Source: an uncultured bacterium
GTDB taxonomy: Bacteria; JAJVIF01; JAPKYR01
Assembly: GCA_965369865.1 (NCBI GenBank)
Contig: CBDURU010000071.1
Span: forward strand, 1 to 18,393
Length of the DNA stretch: 18,393 nucleotides
Reading direction: 5' to 3'
A model generated the notes under the pieces. It was given only the letters and a program-made list of their open reading frames with translations, ran no database searches and was not told where the DNA came from. This document shows, one piece after another, positions 1 to 7,007 of this stretch. Each line of letters opens with the position of its first letter. Positions within the stretch are counted from its first letter, which is position 1. The position numbers and the translations under genes are program-made.

Positions 1-224
1 ACACCTTCAACGCTGGAAGCATGGAAAGGCGTCCCTGAATCTAAGATTGGTATTATTAATAACACTATTCCTTCTACTTCTTCACCCATCCTCTTTTGAT
101 ACATGAATTCTTAGTTACACGGGACACCTTCAACGCTGGAAGCATGGAAAGGCGTCCCTGAATCTAAGATTGGTATTATTAATAACACTATTCCTTCTAC
201 TTCTTCACCCATCCTCTTTTGATA
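1..224. repeat. Direct repeat, 123-bp period (1-101 identical to 124-224), including the last 28 bp of glmU
   Basis: ACACCTTCAACGCTGG...CATCCTCTTTTGATA occurs at 1-101 and again at 124-224, separated by 22 bp (102-123); the first copy runs off the window edge. Confidence 0.95.
109..169 (-). repeat. REP-like imperfect inverted repeat downstream of glmU
   Basis: Arms TCTTAGTTACACGGGACACCTT and AAGGCGTCCCTGAATCTAAGA; the A/C mismatch in the core is a G-U pair on the minus strand. Confidence 0.6.
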
Positions 225-1576
225 TGCTGCCTTGCCCGGCCGAACGCCAGTGAACGCGAAGGCACATCCTGGCTGAGCGTGCTCCCAGCCGCCGTATAAC
301 AATCACTCCCGATTTTAATCGGCGCGATCAGTATCGAATTAGAACCTATGAATGTCGAATCGCCAATAACCGTTTTGTGCTTATGCTTCCCGTCGTAATT
401 GCACGTAATCGTCCCAGCTCCGATATTTACATCTTTCCCTATTTTCGCATCGCCGAGATATGTCAAATGTCCCGATTTAGCGCCTTTTCCGAAATCGACA
501 TTCTTCATCTCGACAAAATTCCCGACTTTTGCCCCGTCCCGGACATGGGTACCCGGACGTATGTGAGCGTACGGACCGATTTTTACATTACTGTCGATCC
601 TGCACTCGGTAAGGACACTGTGGCGGATATTGCATCCGCTGCCGACAACCGAATCGTTTATTTCAGTATGCGGGCCGATCTCCGTATTACTCCCGATCCT
701 GCAATCACCCATGATTATCGTGCCGGGATGGATAATCGAATCCTTTCCGATTTTCACCTCCGGTCCGATCCATGTCGATCCCGGTTCAATAAAAGTGACT
801 CCTTTCGCCATGAGCGATTCGATTATGCCCCATCGGAGGTAGTCGGACGCTTCGGATAGTTCCAGTCGTGTGTTGACACCGAGGGTTTCCATCGGGTCCA
901 CAATCGGAACCGCTTTAACCGTCCCTCCAGTATTAAGGATATAGAGAAGTACATCGGGAAGGTGATATTCGCCCGATCTTTCATTCGGTTTTATTTTTTT
1001 AAGAGCCTTGTCCAGTGTTTTTCGATTGAAAACATAAATCCCCGAATTGCACTCCTCGATCTCCCTCTGGCTACCCCTCAAATCCTTCTCCTCGATAATT
1101 CCAAGGACCAGACCGCTGTCATCACGGATGATCCTTCCGTAGCCAGCCGGATCCCTTGGTATAAAACTGAGCACGGTTGCCATCGCGCCGGATTTTTTAT
1201 GGAATTTAACCAGTTCTCCAATCGCAATATGGCTGAGGCAGGGAACATCCCCTGAAAGAATGAGTATCTGTACCGCGGACTTCGGAACCTCTTTCATGCC
1301 CACCATTACCGCGTGACCTGTTCCATTCTGCGGCTTCTGGATGACATAACTCTCGTTCGGAAATCGAGCCATGACATCATCGGCTCCATGGCCCGCAACT
1401 ATTACGCGTTTACTCACTCCGGCGGAGCCGCACGAATCGAGGACCCATGCCCCGAGTTCCTTTCCGCATGCCCTGTGAAGGACTTTCGGAAGATCGCTTT
1501 TCATGCGCTTACCCATCCCGGCCATCATGATGATCGCGCAAATATCCTTGATATTCTTTCCTGGCATTATTGGCAT
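197..1576 (-). CDS. glmU: Bifunctional UDP-N-acetylglucosamine pyrophosphorylase / glucosamine-1-phosphate N-acetyltransferase
   Basis: AGMGKRMKSDLPKVLH, GTGHAV, GYGRIIR, EYHLPD, hexapeptide left-handed beta-helix region, GNFVEMK, HLTYLGDA, GAGTITCNYDG. True start may be the ATG at 1567, which is better spaced from AAGGA. Confidence 0.97.
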   Translation of the reverse strand: MPIMPGKNIKDICAIIMMAGMGKRMKSDLPKVLHRACGKELGAWVLDSCGSAGVSKRVIVAGHGADDVMARFPNESYVIQKPQNGTGHAVMVGMKEVPKSAVQILILSGDVPCLSHIAIGELVKFHKKSGAMATVLSFIPRDPAGYGRIIRDDSGLVLGIIEEKDLRGSQREIEECNSGIYVFNRKTLDKALKKIKPNERSGEYHLPDVLLYILNTGGTVKAVPIVDPMETLGVNTRLELSEASDYLRWGIIESLMAKGVTFIEPGSTWIGPEVKIGKDSIIHPGTIIMGDCRIGSNTEIGPHTEINDSVVGSGCNIRHSVLTECRIDSNVKIGPYAHIRPGTHVRDGAKVGNFVEMKNVDFGKGAKSGHLTYLGDAKIGKDVNIGAGTITCNYDGKHKHKTVIGDSTFIGSNSILIAPIKIGSDCYTAAGSTLSQDVPSRSLAFGRARQHIKRGWVKK

Positions 1577-1585
1577 CCTTTTCGA

Positions 1586-2107
1586 TTAATTCCCCTTTTC
1601 AGACTCATCAAACAACGACAGCGTTCCTGCCCGGTCGGAATTGGATTTTGAAATTTCCAGATCCGACTGAAGAATTAGTGTGCCATCTGCAAGAATATGA
1701 TGCAAGTCCACCTGGTGGATATTCAGGAATACGGGACCCAGAAGAATCGAACGATGGCATCGCGACGGGTCCTTTTCCGCACAGACGAGGCATGCTGTAT
1801 TCCCTTCTTTTGCTTCATGAAATTCATTTACAATCTTAGAGACAGCATGTTTGAACGATTCCGATTCTATTCTCTCGTCGTATGATTCCCCATTTTCGAG
1901 AAGTCCCCCGAGACAATCACCCTGCCATTCATAGATCATCCCGGCCCGCTCGGTAATCAATTTTAAATTGTCACGATTGAAATGCGGGTAACGCCTTGAG
2001 TACGGGACGCTTCTGATATCGATAATATGGGTTATCGGGAAAGGGGAGACTATCTCGAGAAACCGTTCGGGTGAATGATTTGAATGACCGGCAGTGTAAA
2101 GCGGCAT
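1586..2107 (-). CDS. DUF488 family protein
   Basis: LYTAGHSN, IDIRSVPYSR..PHFNR, Y.W.G..LGG and C.EKDP.RCHR motifs typical of DUF488; tightly packed between pdxS and glmU. Confidence 0.85.
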   Translation of the reverse strand: MPLYTAGHSNHSPERFLEIVSPFPITHIIDIRSVPYSRRYPHFNRDNLKLITERAGMIYEWQGDCLGGLLENGESYDERIESESFKHAVSKIVNEFHEAKEGNTACLVCAEKDPSRCHRSILLGPVFLNIHQVDLHHILADGTLILQSDLEISKSNSDRAGTLSLFDESEKGN

Positions 2108-2118
2108 CGTTCTTAATA

Positions 2119-3018
2119 TTACCAGCCTCGATTGGCGAGAAGTTCATCTTCCGGTATCTTTCCGATTTCGAGCCCGGGCATGGCTCTTCCAAGTCCGCGC
2201 GAAACTTCCGCGATCACTTTCGGGTCGTTGAAGTATGTCACCGCCCGTACGATGGCCTCTGCACGCGGGGCGGGATCATCCGACTTAAAAATCCCACTCC
2301 CGACAAATACAGATTCCGCTCCGAGCTGCATCATGAGAGATGCGTCGGCAGGAGTTGCGATTCCACCCGCCGCGAAATTAGGGACGGGAAGTTTTCCTGT
2401 TTTCGCAACTTCTTCCACAAGATGAAACGGGGCGCCCATTTGTTTCGAGCGGCTCATTAGTTCATCCTTATTCATCAGGGAAAGTTCACGCAATTCTTTT
2501 TGGATGAGACGCATGTGGCGAACGGCCTCGACAACATTACCGGTGCCGGCCTCACCCTTGGTGCGGATCAAAGCCGCCCCTTCACCGATCCGGCGCAGGG
2601 CTTCCGCAAGAGAAATCGCGCCGCAAACAAACGGCACTTTGAAATCGTGCTTCCAGATATGGTTCTGTTCGTCGGCGGGAGTAAGGACTTCCGATTCATC
2701 CACGAAATCCACACCGAGCGATTCGAGCACCTGGGCTTCCGCGAAATGGCCGATACGTGCTTTCGCCATTACGGGGATGCTGACAGTGTTCTTGATGTCT
2801 TCGATTATTTCCGGATCGCTCATACGGGCAACGCCGCCGTCCCGTCGGATATCCGATGGAACCCTTTCAAGCGCCATGACAGCGCAGGCGCCGGCGTCCT
2901 CGGCGATTCTCGCGTGTTCGCTGTTGACGACGTCCATGATTACGCCGCCCTTTAACATCTCAGCGAGTCCAACCTTAACGGTCCAGCCGCCTTTTTGTTT
3001 TTTGATATCCTCTGACAT
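2119..3018 (-). CDS. pdxS: Pyridoxal 5'-phosphate synthase lyase subunit
   Basis: [77 protein letters not shown]-terminal RGW. Start set to the ATG at 3018 behind GGAAGGAG (track uses TTG at 3027). Confidence 0.97.
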   Translation of the reverse strand: MSEDIKKQKGGWTVKVGLAEMLKGGVIMDVVNSEHARIAEDAGACAVMALERVPSDIRRDGGVARMSDPEIIEDIKNTVSIPVMAKARIGHFAEAQVLESLGVDFVDESEVLTPADEQNHIWKHDFKVPFVCGAISLAEALRRIGEGAALIRTKGEAGTGNVVEAVRHMRLIQKELRELSLMNKDELMSRSKQMGAPFHLVEEVAKTGKLPVPNFAAGGIATPADASLMMQLGAESVFVGSGIFKSDDPAPRAEAIVRAVTYFNDPKVIAEVSRGLGRAMPGLEIGKIPEDELLANRGW

Positions 3019-3080
3019 TAAAATCAAACTCCTTCCAGGTACCGAACGGGGCGATTGAATTTCGGTCCGTGTGTAAAATC

Positions 3081-3110
3081 ATTGTAACGGACACACGTAG
3101 CGAAAATCAA
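3081..3110 (-). promoter_or_regulatory. Putative sigma70 promoter for pdxS-DUF488-glmU
   Basis: Minus strand TTGATT-18 nt-TACAAT; a GTCCGT/ACGGAC inverted repeat (3065-3092) brackets the -10. Confidence 0.45.
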
Positions 3111-3545
3111 TGTCAGTTGAAAGGGATGGAAATTTTTTTATTTCATTTTCCAATGAGTTTTCAAAAATTTTTCATTTTTTGTAAAAGTATTTTTATCTTT
3201 AATAATTTTTTTTTCGAACATAAAAATTATTTTTCACAATTTTTTTTCCTCGACAAACACTTTGACTACATCCGGTAACCATGTGTAAATTGACACAGTT
3301 CGCGTAACGGGGGACGCCAGGAAATTTTACGCAGTACGATGTCGATACTCTGTAATACTATTGAATAGTGGTATTGCAGGACATCCGGCGGGTTTCACAC
3401 TTTATGAAGCCCACAAACTTATTTTATTTTCTTTTTTTCATTTTTAATGCGCCTTAACGGGACAATGAAATCGGCGTTCTCTTGTATCATTGATTGCCAG
3501 CGGGCTACAGAGAATTTAAAAAATCGTTTTTAATGCATAAAATTA

Positions 3546-3575
3546 TTGACAAGTGCGTTCGTTTTTGTTATTAAT
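3546..3575 (+). promoter_or_regulatory. Putative sigma70 promoter in AT-rich region, facing the histone-like gene
   Basis: Perfect TTGACA, 17-nt spacer ending TGT, then TATTAAT (imperfect -10); AT-rich upstream. Confidence 0.4.
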
Positions 3576-3948
3576 TTGTTACCAAGTAAAAATAATTTTC
3601 AAAATGTTTTTGTGTTTGAGGCCTGAAAGGCGCATCGTGAGCGGGACATAAGAGGGTTAGAAAAATTAAGGAATCGCAGACAAACAGGACGTGCAAGGCA
3701 TTAAAGATTTCCCGCCCCATTTCAGTTATGAATGATCAATCTGAATCCCCAATTACTAAAAAACGAGCACGTATGAACAGTTCACGAACTGTTTCACGCA
3801 TAGATATTAATAACATACTTGACTACATGCCACTTGCATGTGGCTTGCAATCAGGGTTCCGCGGCATCGTGTAAAACGTAACCGTGGTCGATATGGAAGT
3901 GACATTACTTGCTTCCTGGGAACCCAACAGACGAAAGGAGATTTATCA

Positions 3949-4443
3949 ATGGCTAGCAAACCAAAGAAAAAAACCGTAGCTAAGAAGAAGACTACGACTA
4001 AGAAGAAGACTACGGCTAAGAGAGTAACCGCCAAGAGGAAGCCTGCAGCTAAGAAGAAGACCACTGCCAGGAAGAAGGTCACTGCCAAGAGAAGGCCGGC
4101 AGCAAAGAAGAAGACCACTGCCAGGAAGAAGGTCACTGCCAAGAGAAGGCCTGCAGCGAAGAAGAAGACCACTGCCAGGAAGAAGGTCACTGCCAAAAGA
4201 AAGCCGGCAGCAAAGAAGAAGACCACTGCCAGGAAAAAGGTTACTGCTAAGAGAAAGCCTGCAGCAAAGAAGAAGACCACTGCCAGGAAGAAGGTCACTG
4301 CCAAGAGAAGGCCGGCAGCCAAGAAGAAGACCACTACCAGGAAAAAGGTCACAGCCAGAAAGAGAGTTACGGCTAAGAGGAAGACGGCCCGGAGGACCCT
4401 GAAAAAGGCAACTCCGAGGCGAGCTCGTCCGAAAAGGAAATAG
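3949..4443 (+). CDS. Histone H1-like / Hc2-like basic repetitive DNA-binding protein (164 aa)
   Basis: AAGGAG RBS 8 nt before ATG 3949; protein is almost only K/R/T/A/V/P with no acidic or aromatic residue; repeat units differ mostly at synonymous positions in this frame; terminator follows. Confidence 0.85.
   Translation: MASKPKKKTVAKKKTTTKKKTTAKRVTAKRKPAAKKKTTARKKVTAKRRPAAKKKTTARKKVTAKRRPAAKKKTTARKKVTAKRKPAAKKKTTARKKVTAKRKPAAKKKTTARKKVTAKRRPAAKKKTTTRKKVTARKRVTAKRKTARRTLKKATPRRARPKRK
4024..4360 (+). repeat. 54-bp coding tandem repeat (18-aa unit KKKTTARKKVTAKR[R/K]PAA), about 6 copies
   Basis: Units start at 4051, 4105, 4159, 4213 and 4267, with a partial unit at 4321 and a half unit from 4024. 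Confidence 0.95.
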
Positions 4444-4493
4444 GGATTCATTTCCCTGTGTTAAACCGTCGATCGATTGTACGGTTATGATCG

Positions 4494-4534
4494 TGAAAGG
4501 CGCCCCCCGGTAAAAGGGGGGCTCCTTCATTTTT
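4494..4534 (+). terminator. Intrinsic terminator after the histone-like gene
   Basis: TGAAAGGCGCCCCCC-GGTAAAA-GGGGGGCTCCTTCA followed by TTTTT. Confidence 0.7.
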
Positions 4535-4558
4535 ATGGCGAATCGTAATATTGGCGAG

Positions 4559-4589
4559 AAAAAAATTCCCGCAGGGGGAATTTTTTTTT
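4559..4589. terminator. Bidirectional intrinsic terminator 3' of the tRNA
   Basis: AAAAAAATTCCC-GCAGG-GGGAATTTTTTTTT: GC stem flanked by A and T tracts between convergent genes. Confidence 0.75.
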
Positions 4590-4596
4590 GGAAGGC

Positions 4597-4672
<76 letters not shown>

Positions 4673-4695
4673 ATGGGTTTCCTTCGCAGGAAATG

Positions 4696-4725
4696 AATAT
4701 AACCGACATCACGATGAAAAATCAA
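4696..4725 (-). promoter_or_regulatory. Putative sigma70 promoter of tRNA-Ala
   Basis: Minus strand TTGATT-18 nt-TATATT, 23 nt upstream of the mature tRNA 5' end. Confidence 0.5.
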
Positions 4726-4793
4726 GGTCGGTCGGAACATGTTCATCTTAAAAAGTAAGTGCATCCTGTTATTACATGACGTAAAATATACCC

Positions 4794-6017
4794 ATGAGCG
4801 ACAAACGAGAAGTGTCCGTGATCATTCCGACTTTCCGTGCCAGTGACGATCTTCTCTCCTGCATCCAATCGATCCGCGATGACACCGACTCCCCGCCAAA
4901 CGAGGTAGTTGTCGTCTTTAATTCAACCACCCACGATCGCATAGACCTTACGGAGCATCACCCGAAAGCACGTTCGATTGACGCCGGTTCTAACCTTGGA
5001 TTCGCTGAAGCATGTAACCTTGGAGCAAAAAATTCGGTTGGAAAAATTTTCGTTTTCCTGAACGACGATATGACTGTCCGGCCCGGATGGTTGACCGAAC
5101 TCACCGGGCCTGTCAAGGATGGTTACGTTTCGTGTACCGGGGGGAGAATTCTTTCTGAGGATGGAAAAAAAGTCGATTTCGCGGGAGGAACGATCAATCT
5201 TATTGGATGGGGATTCCAGACCGGCCTTGGAGAGCAGGCTCCGGATCCGGATGATGAATTCGCTGGAACGAGCAAAATCCCGTTTGCCTGCGGCGGAAAT
5301 ATGGCGATCGATGGCGATGTCTTTGAAAAGGCCGGCGGATTCGACGGGGATTATTTCGCGTACTATGAGGATGTCGATCTCGGCTGGCGATTGCGCCTTT
5401 TCGGAGAGGAAATTTCATTCTGCAACAAGGCTGTCGTTCATCACAACACCGGAGCGACAGGAAAATTATTGCCTCCAGCCGTCAAATGGTTCCTTCAGGA
5501 GCGAAATGCCCTCCAGACAATATTCAAGAATTATTCCGATAAATTTTTCCCGAAAGTGCTCCCGATCGCGATGGCGCTTGTCTGGGTCAGGGCTGAAATT
5601 CTCAGCAACCTCGATGAAACCGATATTTTTCCCGACAAGTACTGGAGGGAAACGATACTCGGCGACGACAAGCTCCTGGATGATTCTAAAAGTCCTGGAA
5701 TGGTGAAAGGATTACTCGATACGGTAAAGGGATCCATAAAAGCCGGATTGAAAAGTACGCGCAAGTCCAATATGCCCGAGGGTTATCTTCCGTTGGAGAA
5801 CAAGGGCGCCGCGGGATTGCTCGCGTTGGAGTGGTGCCTGAATAACTGGGATAAACTCCTTGAGAAACGCGAAAAAGTCCAGTCGATGCGTACGAGGAAT
5901 GATGTGGAGGTCCTTCCGTTGTTTGACGATCCCCTTCGTCCGGTTCTTGGACATCCCAGGGAAGTAGCTGCTATGAAACCCTTAGAATCCGTTTTGAATG
6001 AACTGATGCGTGGTTGA
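4794..6017 (+). CDS. Glycosyltransferase family 2 (GT-A) with C-terminal extension
   Basis: VSVIIPT, NLGFAEACNLGA, FVFLNDD, GGFDGDYFAYYEDVDLGWR, VVHH motifs. Confidence 0.92.
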   Translation: MSDKREVSVIIPTFRASDDLLSCIQSIRDDTDSPPNEVVVVFNSTTHDRIDLTEHHPKARSIDAGSNLGFAEACNLGAKNSVGKIFVFLNDDMTVRPGWLTELTGPVKDGYVSCTGGRILSEDGKKVDFAGGTINLIGWGFQTGLGEQAPDPDDEFAGTSKIPFACGGNMAIDGDVFEKAGGFDGDYFAYYEDVDLGWRLRLFGEEISFCNKAVVHHNTGATGKLLPPAVKWFLQERNALQTIFKNYSDKFFPKVLPIAMALVWVRAEILSNLDETDIFPDKYWRETILGDDKLLDDSKSPGMVKGLLDTVKGSIKAGLKSTRKSNMPEGYLPLENKGAAGLLALEWCLNNWDKLLEKREKVQSMRTRNDVEVLPLFDDPLRPVLGHPREVAAMKPLESVLNELMRG

Positions 6018-6099
6018 GGCATTGGGATTTTATTTTACAAAGGGGAGAGATGAGTGTAATTTCGTATATTAATAACCTGTGCGTTGATTCAGAATTTCC

Positions 6100-6156
6100 T
6101 TGTAGGGGCAGTGCTTGCTCTGCCTATCAGGGACGCAGCAAGCAGCGCCCCTACAA
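6100..6156. repeat. GTAG-type REP doublet (REPIN-like palindrome)
   Basis: TTGTAGGGGC..TGCTTGCT......AGCAAGCA..GCCCCTACAA, an extragenic inverted repeat with GTAG/CTAC termini. Confidence 0.75.
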
Positions 6157-6215
6157 TATAAAAAAAACATGCTTTCACCATGCGCAGTTTGGTATTATGT
6201 AACGGGAGATCGAAA

Positions 6216-6959
6216 ATGATGAGAACCGCGAATCCGACACTTAACGAAAAAGTATTTATGAACGCCGCGGAGGAATCGTACGGCGAAACCACGATGACCA
6301 TCCAGGGTACGGTGAATAAAACCTTCCTGCTCTTACTGATGGTTGTCGTTTCCGCATCGTTTACCTGGAAAATGTTCCTTGAGTCGGGGATGCCTGCGGT
6401 GTTTCCTTGGATGATCGGTGGAGCTATCGGCGGCCTGGTCATGGCGATCGCGACTATTTTTCTGAAACGCTGGGCATGGATAACCGCTCCGATCTACGCG
6501 CTTCTCGAAGGATTATTCCTAGGCGGGATATCATCGATGCTTGAGGCATATTTCGCGGGTATTGTCATACAGGCGGTCGGACTGACTTTCGGGACGTTGC
6601 TCATCATGCTCACGATTTACAAGTCCGGACTAATAAAGGTAACCGATAAATTCCGAATCGGCATAATGGCGGCAACGGGCAGCATTTTCCTTATATACAT
6701 GGCGACATGGATTCTCGGGATGTTCGGGGTCGCGATCCCGTACATTCACGGAAACGGCCTGATCGGGATTGGATTCAGCCTGGTTGTTATAGTGATCGCT
6801 GCCCTGAACCTGGTTCTCGATTTCGATTTTATCGTGAAAGGCCAGGAGGTCGGGGCGCCGAAGTATATGGAAATGTACGCGGCGTTCGGGCTGATCGTGA
6901 CACTTGTGTGGCTTTATATCGAATTCCTGAGGCTTTTATCGAAGCTGCGGAGTCGGTAG
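6216..6959 (+). CDS. Bax inhibitor-1/YccA family membrane protein
   Basis: MRTANP, MTIQGTVNKT, YALLEGLFLGGIS, NLVLDFDFI, GAPKYME, TLVWLYIEFLRLL; about 7 hydrophobic segments; GGAG RBS supports the ATG at 6216. Confidence 0.93.
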   Translation: MMRTANPTLNEKVFMNAAEESYGETTMTIQGTVNKTFLLLLMVVVSASFTWKMFLESGMPAVFPWMIGGAIGGLVMAIATIFLKRWAWITAPIYALLEGLFLGGISSMLEAYFAGIVIQAVGLTFGTLLIMLTIYKSGLIKVTDKFRIGIMAATGSIFLIYMATWILGMFGVAIPYIHGNGLIGIGFSLVVIVIAALNLVLDFDFIVKGQEVGAPKYMEMYAAFGLIVTLVWLYIEFLRLLSKLRSR

Positions 6960-7007
6960 GATTATATTTAAAAAATATTACCTCTGGTAAAGAAGCAGGA
7001 GTACAGC

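Noticed and set aside
1..224. Repeat pair as DGR template and variable regions
   Set aside because: The copies are identical with no adenine-specific differences, and no reverse transcriptase is present.
3069..3278. 69-aa Phe-rich ORF
   Set aside because: Product of poly-T tracts, GTG start without RBS, overlaps the putative pdxS promoter.
3305..3325. ACGGGGGACGCCA resembling the ydaO c-di-AMP riboswitch
   Set aside because: The downstream conserved GGGGTGAA and CAGCTAAC blocks are absent.
3110..3800. AT-rich region as oriC
   Set aside because: No clear TTATCCACA-type DnaA boxes and no dnaA, dnaN or gidA context.
3807..4451. 214-aa hydrophobic minus-strand ORF (and the 3946-4641 ORF)
   Set aside because: Antisense shadows of the Lys-rich repeat gene; the RBS, terminator and synonymous variation all support the + frame.
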